DNA of 63,101 nucleotides, the filler included, from Choristocarpus tenellus KU-1152 (Eukaryota > Protista > Phaeophyceae), in assembly GCA_964200185.2 (NCBI GenBank). It is 13 parts of 13 records of this genome, joined end to end, with 100 filler letters (N's around TTAATTAATTAA, not from the genome) between each part and the next. Parts side by side here need not be neighbours in the genome. Positions count along the whole stretch, not along the records: positions 1 to 2,593 come from CAXNAD020026453.1; positions 2,694 to 7,705 come from CAXNAD020012166.1; positions 7,806 to 17,587 come from CAXNAD020003395.1; 10 more parts are not named here. One strand, written 5' to 3'. A program made the translations under genes and the position numbers. The notes beneath the pieces are model-generated. The model was not told where the DNA came from. It searched no databases and saw nothing but the letters and a program-made list of their open reading frames with translations. This document shows, in pieces, positions 1 to 12,300 of this stretch (position 1 is its first letter; each line of letters starts with the position of its first letter).

Positions 1-51
1 AAAATTGACCCCAAATGGACAGCCACCATCCCCCCCCAGATACTTTGAGCC
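1..51. mobile_element. MITE family A, right end
   Basis: AAATTGACCCCAAATGGACAG...CCCCCCAGATACTTTGAGCC matches the ends of the copies at 8043-8219 and 52474-52651; followed by AGT. Confidence 0.8.
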
Positions 52-2593
52 AGTACCATCCTCCCTCTCCAAGGATAAATCAAGATGTGAAGGAGGTTGA
101 CCGAGAGTATTGCTGTTACCAGTGTAACTGTGATCACTACTTGGTATCTGATACTGATACTAATACCTACCCTGGAACAAAAGCGAAAACGTTCTTTTTT
201 GTAGAGTATGTTTTGTGGTATTATTTTCAATACATTTTGTGTTACCTGTTGTTCCCTCATGACAACATCCGCAAAATGCTAGGGGGTATTATAGTGATCT
301 ATATTACTACGTTGGATCAGTACTATCACGCATCAAACAAATGTGTGAAAGAACAATAGTATGGAAGTGGCCCGTTTCGCAGAATAATTACTAACTAAAC
401 GGAGCCAAACTTGATCTGGGTACAAAACAGTTGAAGTCGACGTTTGGTGGGTAATGAATGTTATTGAGCGAACAACACCGATATTTGTTTTGACAGCGGA
501 TATTATGCGCAAGCCTTGTTGTAGACAAGAGACGTACTGTAGCAACTGTCCACTGGAAGTTGTGTGGGCAACAATGTTACATTGCAAAACGGTCCTAACG
601 TTGCGGTAGATAACGTCTAATATAGCCAAAGTTTGATTCGTTTCCCTCCTATCCCTAACCCTAACTTTTACCTGCAGTCAACAATTGTTAACATTGTTGA
701 GGTGATGGTTGGTCCAAAATGGTTGTTCTACCTATTTTGTTTGGCAAAGCCCTGGCCTGTGATACCTTGACTTCAAGGTGAATTCCCTGTTGACCACTTT
801 CAAGGGTAAAGCTACGTACATGAACATTATTAGCTGGATAATAAAATATTGCACAAGCATTCACAGCTCCCCTCCATGCCTTTCTTCCTGGCGCAGCTCT
901 AGCACCAGATCTGCTGCGGCAGGTTCCTAGCTTTTGTGGAGCTTCAACTCTTTCTCTGTAGGCACATGCCAGCAATGTAACTATTTAGTCATGGATGATG
1001 TTCTCTTTCTTGTTTTCACCCAGTGCAGCTCTCACAAGCTAACCCAGGCACAACAAACCAAACCAATTGAGAGGTGGTAGGCAAGCTTGAATCCTTTTTC
1101 ATTCAAGGCTGTCTTTCGTGCCCTGTGCAATACACTTTATTTCATTCTTTATGTGTTCAATAGTTTGCGCAAAATTGATATTCCCACTTTCCACAACTGT
1201 ACAAAATGCCGTCTTTTTTAACCCTTTCTTGGGAACCTTAAAATGTAACCCTGCTAACCTTTCGGCTGGTTTGAATCGAACCTCCCTGCCATTCCTTTCC
1301 TTCCACGAGACACTGGAGAACAGTGGCTACAAACTAGCTGACCTTCCCTTCCTCTTTCTCACCCATCTCGGTCCCTTTCTGTTCCCAACCCAAATCATCT
1401 CACCTTGCAGTACCCTTCATCACCATAGGAATTTGGTAGTAGCCCAATAATCGTGTTGTTAGGAGTGAGAAGCAGGGGTATTTTCCAGAATCGTCGCTCG
1501 ATAGAATAGTCACAAAAAATTCGGCTAAGTGTGTGTAAATTCTCGGTATGTGCGTAGTTCTGGTGATAAAGAAATTGTTGCAATGGGAGGTGCTGGGACC
1601 GAGGACACAAGAAGATGTTGGGAGGGAAATCCAGGAGAGAAAGAGGATCCATATCATACAATAATCTGAGCCACAGAGAGATGCAAACACAGAAACACAG
1701 AGCGCAGGTAATCGGTCCCTTAACTTCAGTAGGTCTCCAACCACCGATTTTTCTCTTGTGTGAGAAGTTTCAATAAAGGAAGTTCTTACTCCCAAACGTT
1801 CTTACTCCCAAACTCCCTCACAGCCACCCATGAGAATTCCTCACACCATCCAGTTTGAGCGGCAGGTAGGAAGCTACAAGATAGGTTTTTGTAAGGACGA
1901 TTGCCTACAAACCCGCATCATGATTGACCTCACACTGGGGACAATAAGTAAGAACACAGACAGGGGCAATAAGTTCCAGACTGGTTTGAGGCCTAACCTT
2001 AGTCAAGAGGTAACATTTGTTCCAGAGTGTTTCCGACCACAAAGGGAGTAGTAATATATACTTGCTACAAAGAGGTCTACCTGAATGGGAAGACTTTTTC
2101 GTAGACTACAACCAGGTAAATTGACTTACACGCACATGTAGATCATACACAGGTGCTTGAGCACCAGTAGAATAGATCTCAGGACTTCGTCTTGACAAAG
2201 AGCAGTACTATATTGAAGTGCAGGAAGTTCACCAAATTCTTCATTGTCACTTTCGTTTTCTTTGATCAAATAATAGATTACTTGGTCAAAGTATTTGATG
2301 CTTCAATATCAGGCTTCTGCTTCTATGCCTCTCATCCACCTACAACCATTGGCAAACTGTTCAAATGCTTTGGAATTGGGAAGAAAAATTTAACCAACCA
2401 CAATTTGTGTTTCGCTCTCTGAACAGCTTCATCATCTGCGAAGGTTAAATCCATGAGCACGAGATCATCGACGGTATGGAAGCATGAATGTTGCTTTGTA
2501 ACCAGGCGTGAGGTTTCACGAATGTGCTCGGGGAGCATGCAGTGAGAGGGAGGGTGTATATTTCGTCGGATTCGTGTCTGTTGAGTACAAGAC

Positions 2594-2693
2594 NNNNNNN
2601 NNNNNNNNNNNNNNNNNNNNNNNNNNNNNNNNNNNNNTTAATTAATTAANNNNNNNNNNNNNNNNNNNNNNNNNNNNNNNNNNNNNNNNNNNN
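2594..2693. other. Assembly gap with artificial TTAATTAATTAA linker (first of 12)
   Basis: Identical 100-nt N-linker-N blocks start at 2594, 7706, 17588, 21738, 24440, 27916, 30999, 34564, 38415, 42617, 51057 and 59425; a separate 10-N gap lies at 62587-62596. Confidence 0.97.
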
Positions 2694-4964
2694 CAAGCAA
2701 TCTCGTCGGGTTTATCACCTTTATCCTCTTTGATGATTTTGGGGATACTTTAACATGTTTGACGCATCAACAACCGAAACTGCCCCGATTAGTGTCTCTT
2801 GAAAATGTGTGCGTCGCATATGCAGTCAATCGTGAGCAACATACAAAAGATTACCAAAAAGTACAATGAAGCATGTAGGACGAAGTGACTGGGGTTTGGT
2901 ACGGTACAAAGTGTGTTTTGGTACGAATTTCTGTTGGGAAGCACTTGACAGGTGCATGGCGGGTGTCGCCCCTGACACCATTAGCTCATGTATGTGTCAC
3001 AATTTACGTGTTCTGATGAACGATGAACTAGTCTGTACTATGGATTTTGTGGAAGCAATACTGAATGCTACATGTGATGTACGTCAACACATAGCCCCAC
3101 ATGCATATGCCCCTTGCTCTATGGAGAATATGAGATAGCGATCGAGTTTTGTGGTGAATCCAGGACAATGGTTTGGGGATGCGTGGCTCGAAAAAGTGGG
3201 TATGTCGACCGCAGCAACTTTCGCCACACTTTGTTGTCGAACAACGTTCGTCAAAAATGACATGATGTGTGTGACTTGAAATAGGTTTGTATGTGGACAG
3301 CCGCAATGTTTGCTGTGATTTGACCAACGGTAAAGTACAACAAGTATGGCATGAGGCGAGCAGATGAAGGAAGGGTGAAATATGATTCGGTATTATTTCA
3401 TTAACGTGTAAGGGTGAGAGAGAGTGTCAGGGTTGGGACATAGGGTTAGGGTCGGGACAGGTGCTATGGTTGGGATCGGAAACGAAAACTGTAAGGAACA
3501 TCGTTTGGTTACGATATATATCGGAACGCGGATATCGGAGTAAACGAACTTCATCGATAGGTTTCGTTCTGCTCTTTATGGGAGGTGTGCGTCACCGGCT
3601 CGGAACTACGGCGGAACTAGTGAATACCACGTCTCTCGGATTTCGATGCAAATGTGTGATTTCGGAAGGGTATGGTGACCATTTGCTTCGTTATGCCTAT
3701 TCTTTAAGCGATTAACTCCCATTGAGGCAATTACAGAACGCACAGGCCACATTGGAGTGTGTCTCGTTGCGACCAGACGTGGTCTTGCCTCTGGGATGTC
3801 CTGGAGTCTACCCCGCCGAAGTCCACGAGTTCAGTCCCGTTGTTAGAGAGATCCCCTAGTGCCTGGCGGGTTATCATCCTACATCTGCGGTGCGACGGAT
3901 GTGGTCCCCTTGAACAACCGCGACGAAGATTCCTCAATATTGTCCAGACCCGTTGCTTTGTTGTCGAGAGAGTGAGGGAGTGTGAGGTCTGTCGCATATG
4001 TAGTTTGGCGAAAGTTTTTCTTTGTTGTGCACTCTAATACATTACTAGGCAAAGTGTAAATATACATTTTTGTTCCAGTGTAAGACGAAAGAACCGTGAA
4101 TCTATGCAAAAGAAGATGCCAACTCAAACTTTTCACCCTCTCGCACCAATGAAGAATTAGCGCACGAAGAGTTATATATATATACACCTTCATGCTTTTT
4201 GTTCCATTTCAACAGGATCGTCATGCATAGAACTTTCGAGACATATGTCAAGAGCGCAAAATCCCGTCTATCAAATATCCGTTCTTGTCTCCGAGAAGAA
4301 GGGACACCCCAACTGGCCTGTTCGTAACCGCAAAATATATACTATTATATAATAGGGGTAAAACATTCCATAAAGGCGGTTCTTATTGTACGGACAATGG
4401 TTCGGTTGTTATACAACCGAACAAAGAAGAGATTAACGGGACCATAACCTCTTGGTCAGGAGAGGATATGCTTGTATCCCTTGCATGAGACTCGTGCTCG
4501 TGTGTGGCTATCCCTGTGCGCCGTATGTTACGCTGAATACCGGGCGTGTTGGAAGGAAAAAAAAGAAAAGACTGCCACCTCGTGCAAGGTGATCGTTTGC
4601 GTACGGCTGGAGAATGATGTGAACCGACCGTCTAATGCCATCCTCTCTGAGCCTGACTCGATGCATAAAACATTTTCTCTCTTTCTGTTTGTTCCTCCTG
4701 TCCCATTTCAAACGTGCCCACCCGATGCAGAAATTCCGCGATCAACCGAGAGGCTTGGTACAACCACCTGACGCCGCAATGCCTCCAAAGGGAACCAAAA
4801 GGTGAGCCCCTATACAAGAAACGTTCGCCCTTCGTGCAGCCTACACAGGAGCATCTCTGGATGACCAACGTCTCAAACACTCCGTCACGATTTAGCGCCT
4901 TTGGCGGGTGTTGCGGCTATCGTTCGTCAACGTAGCATGTATTAGCATGTGGCTGAGATGATAC

Positions 4965-6263
4965 TGTACCCACCGCCTGTCAGTGGTGGTTATATCACCA
5001 TTTTTAGATTCGATGCCTTCTAATTATTTGCGGTTCCTACCGTGAACACACCGCCTCTCTATGGTGGTGATATCACCATTTTTAAATTCGATGCCCTGTA
5101 ATTATTCGTGGTCCCAACCATGCACACACCACCCTGTCCATGGTGATATCACCATCTTTAGATTCGATGCCCTTTAATTATTTGTGCTCCCAACCATGTA
5201 CACACCGCCTCTCCACGGTGGTGATACCCGTGTCTTTAGATTCGATGTCCTGTGTTTATTTGTGCTCCCAACCGTGTACACACCACCCTGTTGATGGTAG
5301 AGATTCCAGCACTTTTCAATTCGATATCATTTGGTTATTTGCGTATCCAACCGTGCACACACCACCTGTCCACGGTGGTGATATCACAATTTTTAGATTC
5401 AATGTCCTGTGTTTATTTGTGGTACCAACCGTGCACACACCTCCCGTAAATGGTGGTTATATGACATTTTTAGGTTCGATGCCCTGTAATTACTTGTGAT
5501 TCCAACCGTGCTTAAACCGCCTGTCCATGGTGGTGATATCACCATTTTGAGATTCGATGCCCTGTAATTATTTGTGGTACCAACCGTGTACACACCACCT
5601 CTCCACGGTGGTGATACCTGCGTTTTTAGATTCGATGCCCTGTAATTATTTGTGGTTCCAACCGGGCAAAATCCGCCTGTCGATGGTGGTGATATCACCA
5701 TTTTGAGATTCGATGTCCTGTAATTATTTGTGCTCCCAACCGTGTGCACACCACCCTGTCCATGGTGGAGATTCCAGCCTTTTTAGATTCGATGTCATGT
5801 GGTTATTTGCGTGTCCAACCGTGTACACACCACCTCTCCATAATGGTGATATCACCATTTTTAGATTCGATGCCCAGTAATTATTTGTGGTCCCAACCGT
5901 GTACACACCACCCTGTCCATTGTGGTGATATCACCATTTTGAGATTCGATGTCCTGTAATTATTTGTGTTCCCAACCGTGTGCACATTATCTGTCCATGG
6001 TGGAGATTCCAGCATTTTTATATTTCATGTCATGTGTTTATTTGTGTGTTCAACCGTGTACACACCACCTGTCCATGGTGGTGATATCACCATTTTTAGA
6101 TTCGATGCCCTGTAATATTTGTGGTCCCAACCGTGTACAAACCACCTCTCCACGGTGGTGATACCTGTGTTTTTAGATTCGATGTCCTGTGCTTATTTGT
6201 GTTTCCAACCGTGTACACACCACCCGTCCATGGTGGAGATTCCAGCATTTTTAGATTCTATGC
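4965..6263. repeat. Tandem array, ~17 copies of a ~78-bp unit
   Basis: Consensus approximately CAACCGTGTACACACCACCTGTCCATGGTGGTGATATCACCATTTTTAGATTCGATGCCCTGTAATTATTTGTGGTCC; GATTCGATG recurs every 77-79 bp. Confidence 0.95.
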
Positions 6264-6924
6264 TCTATGTTAAAGGGCACTAGGTCTCTCTGTCTGTCCT
6301 CTTGGGGCTTCACTGGCCACAGTTTTCGAAGGACTTTGTCTTTTTCTCCAAAAATGTTTTGGAGAAGTACAACAATGTTTATACTATGGGAAAGGAGGTT
6401 TCGGATTTGGGTTATTTACATATCCAAAAAATATGGAGGGCAAGAATGACAGCAAAAAAACAATATTCGAAATCGGTTGCACAAAATGAACGCGGCCCTA
6501 CACTAACATATTTCGACGAGCACACATGATACCAACCCTAGCCCCGAGAAAAATATATAATCCAAATTTTCAACGCTTATCCAAATCCGCAATTTACGGA
6601 TTTCACCTCGAATCAAAAATGTAGTTATAGAATAAGTTCAAAGGGTCCAAGACGAAAGGGTTGCAGCCAATTCGACCGAACCTTTTGCGGAAATCGGAAC
6701 ATGTGTTGCTGTTGCTTTTGATGGGAGTAATCAGACAATTGATCCGAAATAGAAGGAAGATTCCACGATGCAATTTCGCGCACCACGACATCTGTCCATC
6801 CAGGATGACGTGGTAACACCTTCGATACGCGCTTGTAAGGGCTCCGATACTATTGGAACATTTCCGATAAGGTTCAAATCGGAAATATACATACACACCC
6901 CCAAACCGTTTTTGCCATGCTACC

Positions 6925-7680
6925 GAATTTGATGGCCTCTACCGTTCGTCAGAACACATCAAATTCATTCATTATTATCAGCCTTGTGTCAAGCGCAAAC
7001 CTGCGCGTGATTGCTCTCCCGACATCCAATCCGGTTAGCACGTAAATTCCTTTCATCTTCATCTATCACTTTCTCGATTCGATGTTATGTTTATCTGCTC
7101 GGGTTGTTGAAACTTCAAATGGACATACACACCCTCGACCGTCTTGCCGCGCTTTGGAAATTGATGACCTTTACGGTTCGTCAGAACACATCAAATTAAT
7201 TCATTATTATCAGCCTTGTGTCAAGCGCAAACTTGCTCGTGATTGCTCTCCCAACATCCACTCCGGGTCAGCACGTAAATTCCTTTCATCTTCATCTATG
7301 ACTCTCTCAGTTCGACTTTATGTTAATCTGCTCGGGTTGTTACAAGTTCAAATCGACACACACACCCTCGACCATCTCACCTCGCTTGGGAAATTGATTT
7401 AATTTACCATTCGACGGAACACATCAAATTCATTCTTCACTGGCTGCCATATGTCAAGCACAGACCTGTGCACGGTAGCCCCACATACATCTAACCTGGT
7501 TCGGCGCGTAAATCCCTTTCATGTTCACCTTTCACTTTCGAGATTTGACGTAGTGCGTTCCTGCTCAGGAGTACCATTTCAAATCTACACACACACAACC
7601 CAACGGTATTGCCGTGCTTTGGATATTGATTGTGCACTCCGTTTGACAGAACACATGAAAGGCACTCACTATTGCCCGCC
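6925..7680. repeat. Tandem array, ~3.3 copies of a ~231-bp unit
   Basis: CGTTCGTCAGAACACATCAAATT recurs near 6943, 7174, 7406 and 7640, with increasing divergence. Confidence 0.85.
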
Positions 7681-8042
7681 CTATGACCCAAAGTATCTGG
7701 AAGGGNNNNNNNNNNNNNNNNNNNNNNNNNNNNNNNNNNNNNNNNNNNNTTAATTAATTAANNNNNNNNNNNNNNNNNNNNNNNNNNNNNNNNNNNNNNN
7801 NNNNNAACTCCCCCCCCCCCTCCAGATACTTTGACCCTTATCATGTCCTTCGTAGAAAGGTAGTGCGTTTGCTGTATCTAACTACTACCGGGCCATACAG
7901 ACAGTGATTAGGGAAGGGCCAGCAGGTTGAAAAGACGTACATATATATACATACATGCCTGTTGTATAGTTCAACATTTTCCATTCAGTAGTTGGTGGGA
8001 CTCCTCGATTGATTGCGTTGCTTAACTCAATCTAACCGTAAC

Positions 8043-8219
8043 GATCCAAAGTATCTGGGGGGGAGGGAGGGTCTACACCAGGGTGTCCATTTGGGCCAAA
8101 ATAAGGAAAAACGCATTTTCATTGTCCATCGGACGTATGCAACCAAATCACCCAAAAATCACGACATGAAAAAATTGACCGCAAATGGACAGGCACCCCC
8201 CCCCCAGACACTTTGAGTC
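8043..8219. mobile_element. MITE family A copy (~177 bp)
   Basis: TIRs GATCCAAAGTATCTGGGGGG / CCCCCCAGACACTTTGAGTC; interior homologous to 52474-52651. Confidence 0.85.
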
Positions 8220-9322
8220 TAACCGTAACCGTAACCTGTGTGTGAAAAGTAACCCTAAGCTTTGTTTGAAGAAGTGAAAAAAAGTACGAGAGTGTGTGAG
8301 GGTTCCCGGAAACAGGGGGCTTGTTCCCCTGTACACTTCACAAAGACCAGCACCCAATCCTCACTTATATAATCTGATACTAAAATATTCACACCACCTT
8401 TCAAGGAAGCACCTGTGGACATGGGTAATATTTACACAGTCGAGTTGTGATCATGTTGTGTCATAACCCATTGGGTTGGGGTTGTACTGGAAGTGAATGG
8501 ATAGTTGAAAAACCATAGTCAAACGTCACAACTGCCAAAAGCTCTCTTTTGGACCCTCATGTCAACACGTAAGGGAGTGCTTTGATGATGTGATAGACCC
8601 AGAGCCATGTCCACAAGATGCCAGGTGATAGGTTAGGGATAGGAGGACAATACTGCAAACAAATGATTTTATTAACACAATAGAGCCTATTACAAGGTTC
8701 CGATTTCAAAGTTCCTCCACTGTGGGCTGGTTGTCTTCCCTCCACCATGCCAAACCAAGCACACTCTCGATGTTCAATTAAGGCTATTCTCACAGCCCAT
8801 CCTTACACTTGCAGCAGTGGAATAAGGGAGGGATGATACAAGACTCATTGAAGCACCCTTACCTTGAAGAGTTACAATAATGCAGTAGAACCACGAAATG
8901 CCGCAATTTTGACTCAAAATATCAGGGAAAGGTCGGAATGTGACGGTATCCCTTTATATTTCCTATCTCCGGGACAATTTGACTCTCCCACAAAACCAAT
9001 GGTCCGATTTTTATCTAGACAGAAGGAAGAGGGATCAAGAGTCAACAGTGTCGCTAGATTCAATAGTCTATCCCTGGCTCTATCAGCAATTACCGCAAGA
9101 AAGTAAGTCATACTCCAAGCACTGCAACATTGTGCATCCCCCTCCCCCCCACCGAGCGCCTGAAGAAACAATGCTCTTACAAGGTTGCTGAAGAGGATCA
9201 ATATTTATTTTTTTCCTCGCCTTTTCTTTTCCCAAGAAATAATGAAGTGAACTGTCGGAATCAGTCAAAAGGAATTCATTCCTTTTTAACATCTAACATG
9301 TATAAAACACACAGCAAAAGAC

Positions 9323-12300
9323 TTACGGCTGACTTGGGGTATACGAGCCAGCAGTGGCAATCAGCAACGCTTCCACGATTTGGCCAAATGGAGGGCCAGC
9401 TGGGGAGGACGGATACTTCACTGTAAATGCCTCTCCCTTCTCGCATGCCTTGAGCAGGTTCGGGTCAAGGGGGATCCGACCAAGGTATGGCACTCCGTAT
9501 TTCTCAGCCATGCCCCTTGGCCCCTCTCCAAACGGCGTGAAGACAGTGGTCTGAGGGATCATGCATTGGAGCATGACGGGCATGCACAATGGGAGGATTA
9601 AGGTGATGCATTTCTTCGACAAAATAAGGTACAATGATCTAGACAAAGTCTCCACCGCCAGGAATACATAAAATAAGGACTGCACCATGAAAGGTCTCAT
9701 AAAGTTACATGGGGCATTCCAAGGCTGCACGGATTGTGCACCAACCATGGACGACAAGCCCTTTATCAACAATTCACTGCATCAGGGCTAACAGGCAATA
9801 AGAGTTGAATAGGATTCAAGAGGCAAAACAAAAGATAAATAAATGTGTATGTATATATGATCAGAAGCACAAAAATGACCCATTTTACAGATGATAGTTC
9901 TCCTCTATTGAAAATCATGTGGTAAAACAGGTAGCTGGGAAGACTCGAAAGACTGTTTCGTCGTTCAAGGTAATCTTGATTCATACACTGTGGGATATAC
10001 AGTAACAATCACACCACCACATTAGAGGATATGAACATTGTAGTGAGTTTGCTCACCCCTATCTATGCCAACTTCAACTACACAATTTCCACTGCACACT
10101 CACCTTAGTAAAATACTTAAGGAGCTCTGGGGCCTTGCTATGAATGAGTTCCATTGCTGCTTCAGTTTGGTCCTTTCCACTTGACGGGTCCGTGAACTTA
10201 AGCTCAGGGACAGGCACCTGATCGAAAACCAAGGCCAACCACAACATAGAAGCAGCAACTGAGCATATGGAGGGGATCCCGCAGTTGAGGAGTGGCAGAG
10301 GCAGGGATAACCACTACTGTACACATCTCTTAACAAACTAAAACATTTTCTTGTTGATGAGTGTGCTCCTAAAAGAGCCAAAGGAGGGATAATTAGGGCT
10401 AAGTACCGTAAAATCACGTTTGAATCACTTCAACGCAAACAAACAAGCTCCGGGGAGTCAATGGCTTTAGCGCATGTAGAAATAATGTATATGCTAGCAA
10501 TGTGTGTATATACTCATGTTATGGCCTACAACAGCGGATTTTCTGAGGGCATAAGAAAACACGCACAATGTTTCTAGCCTAAGAGAGTCACCCCAAGAAA
10601 AATAACGGAAACATTTGAGGGAGGTGAGCAAACATTTTCCGGAAACAACAAACAGCTACACCGATGAAATACGAACAATTGAGCCAACAAGATACATCCG
10701 TCGGGTAACATCTCCAGCCACCCTCAATCCGATCATCACTCTACACGTACACTAGGTGTGGATCTGTCCTCAACTCGAAGGCCCGGAACAGGGCGACACA
10801 AACTCACCACAAGGCCGCTCATATTTTCCACGACTCCGAGCACATCCAGCCCCGTCTTCCTGCAGAAATTCATCTCCTTCCGAACGTCGGCCATGGCAAC
10901 TTCCTACCACAGCAACAGCCACAGCAACAGCCAGGACATCATGACATACGAAAAGCAGCGTAAGCTACGTTGGAGGGGTTCAATGACAGGGCAAGGCTTT
11001 CCCCAGAACGAATCAACAACCATAGGGATGGAATCATGGGCAGGGGAGATGCGACGATGCTGATATCACATATTCGTAGTGAAGTACAAGCGCGAACTAC
11101 TGAGGAGGATAACTCTAGTTGAGCCTTATCTGCTCTGCCAGTGGTGTTGTGGCATGGGCCCGGGAAAGGGGATTGAGGCATATCGCAAGCGCCTAGTGAC
11201 TTGAGAAGTCACTGCTGAATTATGTACATACAATGCAATGCAAGACCAAGGGAGGCTACAGCCCCGTTGTAGCCCTTATGTGGTTGTTCTTTGAGCATAG
11301 TTATATTGGTTACTGCTATGTGACCACTCTCAGCTCTTGGGGGTAACGATGCCCCTGGCAGCTTCGGGGGTGATTATTCTGCAGATAGACAAGCAAAAGG
11401 GCTGAGGGTAGGAGCTTGAGCTGTACCAAATAGTAGTACCTGACACAGTACAAGCAAATCCTCTAGCACCTATAGTTTGTACAGGTATCTAGATGCCACT
11501 GCAATTGCATTCGCCCCGTCATATGTATCCCTCTTCCCCTCCATGTTTCTTACAAGCCAAACAAACCCAATCCAAGGTATAATGGTCTCAAAAGACAACA
11601 TCGCTTCCTTGTACACACTTTTCATAGCCCAATCGCTATCAACCTGTAAGAGGATCGGAACCGAACACATCGCAATGAACATTACCTAACACGCCAAGAC
11701 CAAAATAAGCACCAAGGAATGCGAGCTGTAACAAAAAACGCAAGGCTGAGTCGAGCTCTTGCCGTAACTCTTGGAAGTGAAAACATTCCGAGTTCTTTAC
11801 GCAGCGAGCAAGAGAGATCAGCCAACTAGACTAGTGTCAGGGAGAGCCTAGAGCATATTGGAAGCACTGCATGAACACTTGGCCAGGGGGGGGGGGGTTC
11901 AATGCTGTGTAGTTCCAATGACAGATCGAAAGTGTGCAAATAATAATAATAATAATAATAATCAAGATAGCAGTCTTTCCCGTCATCTTTCCACACTCAA
12001 CACACCTGAGGTGTAGTGACGACAACTGCACCATCCACGGCACATCCCTTGAGGTACTGAACCACGGACATGTGCTCATCGCTGGTTCCTGGGGGGGTGT
12101 CAATCACGAGGTAATCTAACTGCCCCCAGTCCACGTCCTTCAAAAATAACGGAAAGGGAGGATGGGCGCGAATTAGTTCAAGTTAGAGAGGTGATGCGCT
12201 ATTTGGCAATTGAAACCCAAGTCAAGTCAAGCCACCAAGCCGTGGGGTCATAGGGCCAAAACATGAGAATACTGTGTTGTTACCAAGTCGATCAGCCCCC

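Noticed and set aside
2638-2649. Recurrent TTAATTAATTAA palindrome as a biological motif
   Set aside because: It is always centred in identical N blocks, so it is an artificial six-frame-stop linker.
4965-6263. CRISPR array or 26-aa repeat protein
   Set aside because: Units are repeated end to end with no unique spacers and no cas genes are present; 79-bp units shift the reading frame repeatedly.
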